NCBI RefSeq assembly: GCF_006345805.1 | Contig: NC_042999.1 | Location: forward strand, 71,610,001-71,674,000 | Direction of reading: 5' to 3' | Length of the DNA: 64,000 nucleotides | Origin: Octopus sinensis | Taxonomy: Eukaryota | In this document: one piece after another, positions 53,214 through 64,000 of the stretch | Layout of the letters: every line of letters starts with the position of its first letter | Position numbering within the stretch: position 1 is the first letter of the stretch | Notes under the pieces: generated by a model | Told to the model about the DNA's origin: nothing | The model's input: the letters and a program-made list of their open reading frames with translations, nothing else | Databases searched by the model: none | Made by a program: the position numbers and the translations under genes

Positions 53214-53764
53214 GATCGTAGTTCTAGTTTGTATCATATCCTTTTAAAACTTGTAGTACCAAGTTCTTCCAGTTAAGTCATCGTCGGACTGTGATGTAGT
53301 GAAGTTAATCTTGGCTTTATATAATATCTATTCAGTTAAAAAACATTTCGTGGGTATATGGGTTTGACTGAAGTGGAACTTAGTTTGTAGGGTGGGTTTT
53401 GGGATAAAATTTTATGGATTAAATTTGTGTTATGTTATTGCTTAGAATTTATTATATATGCTGGTGTGAATATTTAGGTATGTCCCTTTTGAGACACCTA
53501 ATCAAAGGATTAAATCCAATAAAACCAATATTAAGTAAGACTGCTAACACAACCCATACCTACCTATCAAAATGGACAGCAGGTAGATGATTCTTTCTAG
53601 TGACTAGAGGCAGTTGTCTTTGACCATGATGTATAAATCTATATATTTGTGATCCATTGCGAATTGGTACATAACTTTTGGGTTTTTATATTTAGACTAA
53701 AATAATTGCAGGTCAAAATAAGTTATCTATGCTTTGTTACATGTCAGTCGAAGTGCTAGAGTTC

Positions 53765-54200
53765 AGTGATCAATCATCTACAAAGAGAAAATTATGTATA
53801 GGAGTCATGTGTAAGATAGTTTCTGTTTGGTGATGTATGGTGATAGTGATATCGATCACCCATTGTATAACGGATGCGAACTTCAAGTATGTTATCGATG
53901 AAGACTTTAACGAGAACATCATACTAAATAGTTTTGGCACTAGAGCACAACCATATTTTATACGATTACTGACGGGAGAATCTCCGGACATCCGATTGTC
54001 ATCGACAACATCAGCCATCATGCCGTCATGAAACGTTCAGATAATGTTGGTCAGTTAGTCTGGGCAACCACAATTCGACATAATCTTCCAGAGACTCTGG
54101 TGATTCATACTGCCGAATGCTTTGATCGAGTCAACAAAAGTTGTGTACTGGGCTGGGGTTGTGTTCGCAGAACTTCACAAATAGTTACCTGGAAATGTAA
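53765..54200 (-). mobile_element. RTE-clade LINE RT fragment
   Basis: Remnant of DLTKAFD..LWKIM..GCP...FHDGMMA, then NRIKYGCALVPKLFSMMFS...HNFLFVDD. Confidence 0.75.
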
Positions 54201-54768
54201 CGTATGCAGTGCCATACCCTCAGAGAACAGGCCGTTTGTTTTTTCAGGATGTGGTTCATTAGGTCGGGTATTTACCTTAAATTATCTACGTCTTTGATAG
54301 TACTTAATTTAAGAAGTAATGATAATTCTAGATATGTGATTTCACTTCAGTGGCCTGAAGAGAAATTTCTCCAATTGGGACACAACCTAACAATATTTTG
54401 CACGCTGCTTATGCCATTACATTTCATTTTGTTTCATTTGATTTCAACGTAATCCTCTACATGTTTTGTATGTGTATGTATTGCTCCTGTCCTGACTTCC
54501 GTCTCCTTTATGACAATAAAACATCACGATCAATAGTATTATCATCGCCATCGTCGTCATCGTTATTATTATTATTCATAGTTTTATTAGCATTCTTGTT
54601 GTCGTCATTTTAGAAAAAAGGCATCTCAATACACGTAGTGGTAGAGAGAATGCTAGTCGGTTATTTCATCGATGCGAAATATGCAGGATTCGTGGTCAGG
54701 TTTATTACCACGTATAGATGTATGTATGTATGGATGCAGTTATCTATATTATGTACGTAAGTATGTAC

Positions 54769-54799
<31 letters not shown>

Positions 54800-54864
54800 T
54801 GTATGTATGTATGTATGTATGTATGTATGTATGTGTGTATGTATGTATGTGTGTATGTATGTAT

Positions 54865-54974
54865 GTCATTATTCAGTTTTATTTCAAGATTACTTGCCAA
54901 GAGAGGAAGAGTTGGTTCTAACCTAGATCCAAGGGTCCTTCATTGGAATTTCAGCATCAACAGCAGGGTATTTT

Positions 54975-54975
<1 letters not shown>
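54865..54975 (-). mobile_element. Isolated 3'UTR piece of the R4/Dong-like family between two (TATG)n tracts
   Basis: Reverse complement of 1790-1900 (cttggatctaggttaga..., atcttgaaataaaac.gaataatgaca). Confidence 0.75.
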
Positions 54976-55006
<31 letters not shown>

Positions 55007-55640
55007 TGTATGTTGGATGTAATCCACAGTCAGCTAAATTTGGAGAAACACTTAAATTTAGCGACAGCTGGAGTGATGGTTTGTTTACATCATTTTTTTA
55101 CACCCCTTCTGGCAGATTTAAACCCATTTTCAGTGTTTTGGGAGGATCGAGGACCATTTTTTCTTTTTTTACAAAAGATGCCTTTCGTCGCCGTGATGAG
55201 CTTTATGTATCCGATTGAAGAGTCATCTCGGGCTTTTTTATAGCACCGAAGTAAATCTTGGTTTAGTTTCTGTGTCCAAGTAAAATAAGAAGAGTACTTA
55301 CGTCTTTTTCAATTACTTACCAGTGAAGTAGTTCTATTTTTATCTGTGCTGACGTTGTTAGTTTCATCTGTAATGGTATTAGTTTCTGCCATAATCGTGT
55401 TAGTGAAATTCTACGTGGTGTAAATGTATATTTTAAAATCTGCTCGGGATAGAGATACGATGGCGAGTAAAATGTGTTTCTCTTATTGACTATTGCACAA
55501 ATATACCAGTTACCGATTTAGGAAGAAGAAATCTAAAGGAAGCCGTTCTAAAGGACTTTTTAAACGGCCCTCTACACCTGTACGTCTGATGTTGACGGTT
55601 CCATTATGTATGTATGTATGTATGTATGTATGTATGTATG

Positions 55641-55671
<31 letters not shown>

Positions 55672-55679
55672 GAATGTTT

Positions 55680-55865
55680 GATACTAATCATATCTGTCAG
55701 GCATGTGGAAGAGAGCGTAATTCAGCAGGAGGATTTAACGACGTGCAAAGGTACATGAAGCCCAGTTACAACTACAGCCAGCTATTGCCGGTAAAAGTTT
55801 TAGCTGCCAATTCTGTACAAGACATTGTAGATTTTTAGCTGGGATAAAAGTCACATTCGATGACA
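55680..55865 (+). mobile_element. LINE (RTE-like) C-terminal C2H2-type zinc-finger remnant
   Basis: HICQACGRERNSAGG, then in another frame FSCQFCTRHCRFLAGIKSHIR*. Confidence 0.5.
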
Positions 55866-56787
55866 GCACCAATAACAGTTAAGTTTCGTGCAATGGCCAT
55901 ACTCGATAATGAGGGGGCAGCCATCATGTTTGTACGTATGCATGTATGTATGTATGTATGTATGTATGTATGTATGTATGTATGTATGTATGTATGTATG
56001 TATGTATGTATGTATGTATGCATGTATGTATGCATGTATGTATGTATGTATGTATGTATGTATGTATGTAGGTAGGTAGATAGGTAGGTAGGTATGTAGG
56101 TAGGTATGCATGCATGTATCTGTGGATGTACATACGTATGCATGCATGTATGTGTTAAATTGCGAACGCAAGATTACTCACTCACACTCTCGATATATAA
56201 CAATTAATCAAGAATGCGGATAATATATCTTAATCTTTAGACATTCGTGTTTTGATATTGAAATAAACCTTTAATAATTTCATGAGATTACACAATGTTC
56301 ACAGTCTCTGTTACGAGAAGACATCATGAGTAGGCTTGATGAATATGCTATGTTGCCTGGAGATTTCTGCCGCTATCATACACTATTCCACCTACTGAGA
56401 CGGCTCTTTATTAGTTTAATAAGTTTGTTTGTTACACTGCTATCTTGTTTCCAGTGATTACTGTACAAATATTTACACAATTGATTGACCTTACAAGAAA
56501 GCTATTGAAACACAGATATATAGTATAGTAAGTTACGCGAACAACGATTTAAAAGCGGGATGAGGGTATTAAATTTATTCTCATCTCTTTCTTATTGATA
56601 TAGTGATAAAATAACACCAAGAATATCAACAACAACAACAGCAACAATGATAATAATAGTAATAGAATTTTCACAGAATAGTAATAATAATAACAGCAAG
56701 AACAACAACAATAATAATTATAATAATAGATATTTTTGTTTTATTGTCGTTTTTGACATCATGATTATTATTACGTAGCTGTTGCTG

Positions 56788-56856
<69 letters not shown>

Positions 56857-57259
56857 GTTATTAACCTTTTCTCCTTATCAGAGACACAAATATGTTGCCA
56901 ATGATATGTATGCACAATAAAGCAGTATTAATGTTGCGGAAAAGTTTCTTTTAATTCCTTTTGATGAATGGTTATTAAAGATATATAATGATGCATTAAT
57001 AATTGATGGTGAAAAGAGAAACAGTAGAACAGTATTTTGAGGAATGTAGGAAACTTGAAGATGAAAAATATAACAAATAGAAAAGGAAAGTGATCAGCTG
57101 ATAAAAAGGGAAAAAAGAAATCATAAAAAATTAATAACCAACAGTTGAAATGATATATTGGCATATACATTTACGCCTCCAACTACATGTTTGTGTGTAT
57201 GCAGAAGCATGGTGTGTAAACTTGCATATGTATATGTGTTCATTTGATTCATTTGCTTT

Positions 57260-57440
57260 TTTCAGTCATTTGACTGCGGCCATGCCGGAGCACCGACTTT
57301 AGTCGAACAAATCGACCCCAGGACTTATTCTTTGTAAGCCTAATACTTATTCTATCGGTGTCTTTTGCCGATCCGCTAAGTTACGGGTACGTAAACACGC
57401 CAGCATCAGTTGTCAAGCGATGGTCGGGGGACAAGCACAT
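57260..57440 (-). mobile_element. SINE-like repeat (family 2)
   Basis: Same text as 6784-6985. Confidence 0.8.
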
Positions 57441-57442
57441 AC

Positions 57443-57489
<47 letters not shown>

Positions 57490-57517
57490 ATATATATTAT
57501 ATATATATATATATATA

Positions 57518-58204
57518 TACAAGATAAGGGCAGAAGAAAAATTCTAATGCCAGATACGCCGAAACAAAAATTTTTTTTAGAGATTTCTATCGGTTTGTTT
57601 CGAGACGCATAAATTTAATGGTTATCGACATTTTTTGGTTTCGGCGTATCTGGCATTAGAATTTTTCTTCTGCCCTTATCTTGTAAATTATGTATGAATT
57701 TTACCTTTAAAGGCATTTTTTTTTTATATGCTGGCCATTGATAAAAGTTTGTCACGAAAAATATTTTATCCTATATCAATTATAAATAGATTAGTGTTCA
57801 TTTCCGGATTCTATCACCCTGTGAAAGTTTCTAGTTCGAATCACACGTCTCTCGAGGTGCGCCGAAGATTTTTCTATTTGGATATATTTGGGGTACTTAA
57901 GTCTACTCGGGACTTGCTGCTTGCTTCTTCCATGGGTATGAATAAGTATTTTATTTATACCTCGCGTATGTGCCGCTGAAGAGGGGAACATTTCTTGTGA
58001 ATTAACCCCGAAATTGGACCAATACGGTAATAACGAATTTTTTAGAGATTTCTATCGGTTTGTTTCGAGACGCATAAATTTAATGGTTATCGACAATTTT
58101 TTGTTTCGGCGTATCTGGCATTAGAATTTTTCTTCTGCCCTTATCTTGTAAATTATGTATAAATCTTACCTTTAAAGGCATTTTTTTTATATGCTGGCCA
58201 TTGA
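57518..58204 (+). mobile_element. Small noncoding element: inverted 5' arm plus about 1.4 tandem copies of a 467-nt monomer carrying a hammerhead
   Basis: Inverted arms 57518-57570 and 57632-57685; direct repeat 57571-57742 = 58038-58204; flanked by (TA)n. Confidence 0.75.
57971..58029 (+). ncRNA. Type I hammerhead ribozyme motif with an intact core
   Basis: TGCCG-CTGAAGA (57976-82)-GGGG...CCCC-GAAA (58010-13)-TTGG-A-CCAA-T-A-CGGTA. Stem I TGCCG/CGGTA, stem II G4/C4, palindromic stem III ATTGGACCAAT, AUA triplet (after 58024). Confidence 0.75.
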
Positions 58205-58241
58205 TGAAATTTCTTTCCCCAAAAAATTTTTTTCCTATATC

Positions 58242-58293
<52 letters not shown>

Positions 58294-58294
58294 T

Positions 58295-58450
58295 ACGGGC
58301 TTCTTTCAGTTTCCGTCTACCAAATCCACTCACAAGACTTTGGTCGACCCGAGGCTATAGTAGAAGACAGTTGCCCAAGGTGCCACGCAGTGGGACTGGA
58401 CCGAGAACCATGAGGTTGGGAAGCAAGCTTCTTCCACACAGTCAGGCTGT
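58295..58450 (-). mobile_element. tRNA-derived SINE (family 3)
   Basis: gcttctttcagtttccgtctaccaaatccactcacaag...; second copy at 63280-63425. Confidence 0.8.
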
Positions 58451-58451
58451 G

Positions 58452-58492
<41 letters not shown>

Positions 58493-58593
58493 TATCTATA
58501 TATATATATATATTATGGTACAAACGATCGTATCAAGTTACCGGAGTCATTCTTGTTGCTTATTTTGATTATATATATATATAAATATATAAT

Positions 58594-58647
<54 letters not shown>

Positions 58648-58707
58648 GGTACAAACGATCGTATCAAGTTACCGGAGTCATTCTTGTTGCTTATTTTGAT
58701 TATATAT

Positions 58708-58742
<35 letters not shown>

Positions 58743-58936
58743 TTGAGTAGTTGAATGAATTATCTTATTAAGGATAACCGATACCTGGGTAGCAAATTCA
58801 CATCAGAAATAACACGGTTGAAGCTACGTCCCTAGGGCATAGACTACGTGTCTTCGTGCGGAAATTTGTATGTTTATTTTAAAATCATAAGTATATGAAA
58901 GAATGGAGTTGAACGACTAGTTAACAAATATCCTTT

Positions 58937-59021
58937 ATTCTCGACATATGTTTCGAAGGCTGCATATTCCTAATTCCGAAGGAATAAGGAGTACATTATG
59001 CAGATTTCTCATCAGGAAAAT
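58937..59021 (-). ncRNA. Inverted copy of the same hammerhead motif
   Basis: Reverse complement of 59960-60044. Confidence 0.7.
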
Positions 59022-59959
59022 CAAGGAACTTATGTCGACATCAAAATGCACAAAAATCTCTTCTGGAACCGATGTCTACTTCTACATTGGCGCAACCTCT
59101 TCTAAATTAGCCCAAAGGATCTCCAACCATTATTCCACTTTCAGAGATAAGAGAAAGCAACACAGCACGGGGCTAAGCAAATTAGTCTGGCGTCTGAAGA
59201 ACAATAACACTACGTACAAGCTCGAATGGTCCATTTTATCGGTGTCCTTCCCGTTTGATAAAGGCAGAAAATTTTGTGGCATCTTTAATTCCGAACTTTT
59301 TCATATTTTGTTCGACAAAGTCCCTTTAATAAATACAATCGTCGAAAGATCCTACAGGTGTTTACACTGGAAAAGACACACCTTTCACTCATATAAATAG
59401 TGACTAATATAGATAACCCCTCGATTTCCCAAAACATTTTTGCTATATTTCACCCCAATAGTCAAAAAGATTTTCTTATATTCCCAATTACTACTATCCA
59501 TTCTTGCGTTGCCTCTCACCTCGCCCGATTCTTTCTCCCTTTCGTTATCTACTTTCTTTTCTCTACAGTAAACATAATCGAACACACAGACACAGACCTC
59601 TCACCTCACAGCTGTCAGTTTTCTGACATCTACCCATCCACAAACACAATCACGCATTCAGACACACACATACACACATTAAGACAGTTATATACAGTCA
59701 CACACACAGACATTCATTCATAAAAGAAATAATTTAAACCCACCATTCTTTTGACCTGCACTCCCTCACCTTACTATTCTTATGCCTCCCTCCTCCTACT
59801 TCGTTTGAACCCTTGAACCTTTAGAACCTTCTAGATTCTTCTACATTCAGCCACTCTGACGTCACTTCTTATAAAGAGACACTCATTATCGCCATGGGCT
59901 CCTTGAGAGCGGTCAGCTAAAAGTTTTTTGTGCATTTTTATGTCGACATAAGTTCCTTG

Positions 59960-60044
59960 ATTTTCCTGATGAGAAATCTGCATAATGTACTCCTTATTCC
60001 TTCGGAATTAGGAATATGCAGCCTTCGAAACATATGTCGAGAAT
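59960..60044 (+). ncRNA. Type I minimal hammerhead ribozyme motif in the PLE 3' end
   Basis: ATTTTC-CTGATGA (59966-72)-G..CTGCATA...TATGCAG..C-GAAA (60027-30)-C-ATAT-GTC-GAGAAT. Palindromic ACATATGT stem III, GUC triplet (after 60038). Confidence 0.75.
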
Positions 60045-60109
60045 AAAGGATATTTGTTAACTAGTCGTTCAACTCAAATTCTTTCATATACTTATAATTT
60101 TATATATAT

Positions 60110-60154
<45 letters not shown>

Positions 60155-60239
60155 TTATTAGTTATTATTTAATTGAACGCGAAGTCATTCAAACCAGGAT
60201 TCGGACTGCTGTTCTCACTGGAATTAATTGAGGAAGATT

Positions 60240-62030
60240 TTGGGTCATATATCTCCTTAACATAAGAGTACAAACACTTGGCATAATTTTTATCATAATT
60301 TCTTGTGCCCCTCTTGCTGTATGATTCCACTATTCCTGTTTAATTTTCCTCAGAGCAGTCTGCACTTGCCTTTTCAGCTTTCTGTAAGTTTCGTTTGAGT
60401 TGGGGTTCAAGGACTGAGAAAGATGTGTATTGCCTCAGTTTTGTTTTTCTAAAAGTAGATCATGAATTTCTGCTGATCTATCTGAGAACCAGTCACTGGA
60501 TTTATGAGATTTAAATCCCACTGACGAACCTGCAGCCTGAAATACTTTTGTTTTGAAATCTTCCTATAGATTGTTTGGGTAAAGATTGATACTTTCTATA
60601 ACATTGTGGAATCTTTGCAAGTTGTTTGATAATTTAAAGTTTGCATCATTTAAATTTTGGGGCACCTTTGGAACAGATCGTTGACTTTTAGGCATTATCG
60701 AGAAATCTATTTTTCCACGCACGAGGTCAGTTCAGCTCTTTGCCCCTCTCATGACCCGAATGCTAGAAACGTCTTTCATATCACGTTTCCTGATCAGAAT
60801 ATAATCCATGAGATGCCAGTGCTTAGATCTCGGGATCATCCAGCTGGTTTTATATTTATTCTTCTGCTTAAACAGAGTGCTGATGGCAACCAGATTATTC
60901 TCAGTACAAAACGTCAAAAGAGCTATTCCATTTTCATTGCATTTTCCAATCTCATGTCAACCTAAAGTAGGCCATCAAATATAGTTCTTTCCAAAGTTTG
61001 CATTGAAATCTTCCAATATGACAAGCTTCTCAGAAATTGGTACTTTCCTCAATAATCGTGCTAGATCATCATAAAACTGTCCTACAGTTTCATTGGAATG
61101 GGACATTGTTGGTGCATAAATACTGACAACAGTAAGAGACCTACCTTTTTTCAGTTTAATACGGCATGACATGATCCATTCAGATATACCACTTGGAAGC
61201 TCTGCAATGGAGGATACTTATGTATTGAGAGCAAACCCAACATCAGATTCTCTACGCTGACTCGTAGGCCTCTCCAAAAGATAGTATATCCATAAATAGG
61301 TTCAGTTGCTTGACCCTCACCAGAGAGACGAGTTTCAAAGAGTGCAACTATATCAAGGGAATATTTCTTAAGCTCACATGCAATAAGTGCAGTACACCTT
61401 TTTGGCCTCTTGTTGAAATTATCATCAAGAAGTATGCACACATTCCAACAACTGAAATTAAAAGGATGATTATTTTTACTTTTTCTTGAAGATTGTTTGA
61501 CTATAGTGCCAGGATGACGACCGGATCCAGCCTGTGATACACCGGGACACCTGTCGAGCCAGACCTGTTCCCCTGACGTTTCCAAGACTTTTTTGCTATT
61601 TACTGAATTTGTTTGAGACATTTTAGAGTAAGTTAAAAGTGCATTTTTAGGTTTCTACCAACCAACCAATTGAATGATTTTACTAAGATTTGGAGCACAG
61701 GAAGTACCTGCAAAGATTAATAATTTTCAGTGGGTGTAGCTTGCATTGTACTACCCCAACCTATTGGCCCAATAAGACTTTCGTCGGTGTGACATGAACA
61801 TTGACAAAACCAGGAACGTCCAAGGCCTCAGGTTATATTTCGGAAATTTCCTTCTCCTAGGTACATTGCCAACCAAGATTAAAGAGCTTCTACATGCCCA
61901 TGAGGTAAGCTGTCCCATTTCAGACACCGAACAGACACTTAGACACGCTATAAGGTGCTCAAATATCACTCCGGTGACCGACGCGGAGGAGCTCATTCCT
62001 AAAAGAAAAAAAAGAAAGGTACGATATGTA
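60240..62030 (-). mobile_element. RTE-clade LINE 5' part (5'UTR plus APE endonuclease), decayed
   Basis: FSCWNVCILLD...DIVALFETRL.GEGQ, VSIYAPT, EDFNA, KHWHLMDYILIR. RTE-like 5'UTR text ctttaatcttggttggcaa...taggagaaggaaa at about 61840-61890. Confidence 0.85.
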
Positions 62031-62123
62031 ATTTTCAACTGTAAATAAGAATTATATATAAGTATAAAAAAGTAAAAGACATACAATAAATATAAATATA
62101 TGTATACATAAAATTAAAAATAC

Positions 62124-62169
<46 letters not shown>

Positions 62170-62349
62170 AAAAATTAAAAGTTACGATGTGTGAATAAGA
62201 ATTACATATAAATAATATTGTATAAAGACAAGTAAAAGATAGGCAATTATAAATATAAAATAATATATATATAAAGTGAAATTATACATATATGCACATA
62301 TTTAAAAAGAAAATGAGGATCTAAATATATTTACAGACATTCTGTTGGA

Positions 62350-62515
62350 TGGCCGTTGACTATTCAGGTCTTATTTTGCATCCCGCAGTTTGTCCAACAA
62401 CACCCTCCTTACCAAGGAAGCCTGGTGGGGTTGCCAGTTTAGTCGCCGACGACCCGATCATGCGACTGGCTGTACTAGATTACATGTTACCAGTAGCACT
62501 AAAGAGCGACCTGAC
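62350..62515 (-). mobile_element. Probable RTE 5'-end fragment
   Basis: GC-rich ggtcaggtcgctctttagtgctactggtaacatg...; assignment from recall only. Confidence 0.45.
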
Positions 62516-62938
62516 CCATATATATATGCATACATACATGCGTACACATACACACATATATATGTGTGTGTGTGTATGTGTATGTATCTATATACGCACA
62601 CATATATACGTATGTGTGCATATGTGCGTGTGCGTGCGTGCATTTATTGTTCAAACATTTGGTTCGGGGAACCAGCGTCAAAAACAACTGGAAAACATTT
62701 CAAAGTATAATTTATCATCGCCGTACATTGCATTAAAGCGCAGCGTCATATGGTCGGAAGAATTGAAGAAAAACTTGAAGTGCAAAAGATGCAACGACAC
62801 AAAACAATCATACTTTTCTCCCTATGTTTTCTGCAAAGATTGATTTTCATCTCTATGGTGGAACTACTCAATCAAAGAGAAATTGTAGTTCGCGGACACA
62901 AAAAACAGCCGACGAAGTCGACTACGATGGATGTATAT

Positions 62939-62977
<39 letters not shown>

Positions 62978-63064
62978 TGTGCGTGTGTGTGTGTGCGTGT
63001 GTGTGTGCGTGTGTGTGTGCGTGTGTGTGTGTGTAAACGAATACAATTATTCATTTATGTATTT

Positions 63065-63424
63065 CTTTTATCAGTCTCAGTCATTAGAGTGCGGCCACGC
63101 TGGGGCACCGCCTTGAATATTTAGTCTAATCAATCGCCCCCCGTACTTATTTTTTAAACCCTGGAACATATTCTATCGGCCTATATTGCCATAAGCTAAG
63201 TTACGGGGACGTAAACCCACTCACACCGGTTGTCAAGTGGTGATGGTAGGGATAAACAGAAACACACATAGATATATATGCTTCTTCCAGTTTGCATCTA
63301 TCAAATCCCCTCACAAGGGTTTGGTGGGCCCGAGGCTATAGTTGACACGCGCCTAAGGTGTCACGCAGTGCGTCTGTATCCAGAACCATGTGGTTGGGAA
63401 CAAGTTTATTACCACAAAGCCACT

Positions 63425-63425
<1 letters not shown>
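63065..63425 (-). mobile_element. Adjacent SINE family 2 (63065-63260) and family 3 (63280-63425) copies
   Basis: Similarity to 6784-6985 and 58295-58450. Confidence 0.75.
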
Positions 63426-63478
<53 letters not shown>

Positions 63479-63605
63479 GTACATATCTATCTAGAGGTAC
63501 GTATGCATATATCAATAAACTCAAATGCACGCACGCAGACGCATGCACATACACAAATACACACACACATACACACACACACGCACACACGCACACACAC
63601 ACACA

Positions 63606-63682
<77 letters not shown>

Positions 63683-64000
63683 TATATATTCGTCTTCCTG
63701 TACACCAAACCTTAGTAAAGGCTGTAAGACCTATTTATAAATGTTCTAAAATCTTCACTGTCTTGCTTTTTTATCTCATTCTGAAAAGAAAATGTATATA
63801 TATATATATATATACACTGTCAGTTCTTTTTATGTCTCATCAATCTTAACAGAGGAGATAGGAAAAACGTTATCTACTTTTTGAAAATCTAGTGTATATT
63901 TATTTCCACGGTCGCAAGAGGTTTTCAGCACAAGGAGACGAAAAGAAGTTTGTTCCTTTCAAAAGGAGTAATTTATTATGAGCGTTGATGCATTAGGTAA

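Larger units (their letters stand above)
58881..60101 (+). mobile_element. 5'-truncated Penelope-like element: GIY-YIG C-terminus and 3' pLTR, with an inverted copy of the 3' end at its 5' side
   Basis: YFYIGATSSKLAQRISNHYSTFRD...LSKLVWRLK....KLEWSIL (59056-59400). About 175-bp inverted arms at 58881-59055 and about 59925-60101. Confidence 0.88.

Noticed and set aside
58948-59400. 150-aa ORF as an intact GIY-YIG nuclease gene
   Set aside because: The first ~36 codons come from the antisense inverted arm; only the C-terminal part is PLE coding sequence.
62750-62940. Unique part of ORF 62750-63124 with a hydrophobic start
   Set aside because: The ORF length depends on a downstream (GT)n tract; no family recognised.

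Overview
AT-rich, microsatellite-saturated eukaryotic DNA. The SINE families look like those I recall from Octopus genomes; this is an inference, no search was run. There is no complete protein-coding gene, and no rRNA, true tRNA or CRISPR array. Most long ORFs in the track are translations of (TA)n, (CA)n, (TACA)n or (TATC)n. The window is dominated by decayed mobile elements: one near full-length DD34D mariner with TIRs and TA TSD (25011-26282); R4/Dong-like RLE non-LTR fragments; CR1- and RTE-clade LINE fragments; several Penelope-like element (PLE) fragments; a Merlin/Helitron junction; and tRNA-derived SINEs. The most notable signal not shown by the ORF track is a set of type I hammerhead ribozyme (HHR) motifs of the minimal, palindromic-stem-III kind. 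The best are at 16935-17049(+), 42872-42915(-), 57971-58029(+), 59960-60044(+) and its inverted copy 58937-59021(-). Several sit in small noncoding insertions with the layout [inverted arm][repeat][core][repeat], i.e. about 1.2-1.4 tandem copies of a 350-470 nt monomer. This fits non-autonomous PLE derivatives or retrozyme-like elements. Host-gene evidence is weak: a candidate signal-peptide exon at 456-545, an AG|GTAAGT recursive-splice-like site at 1007/1008, a possible terminal exon at 44516-44749, and several minus-strand segments with tentative cadherin-like character.
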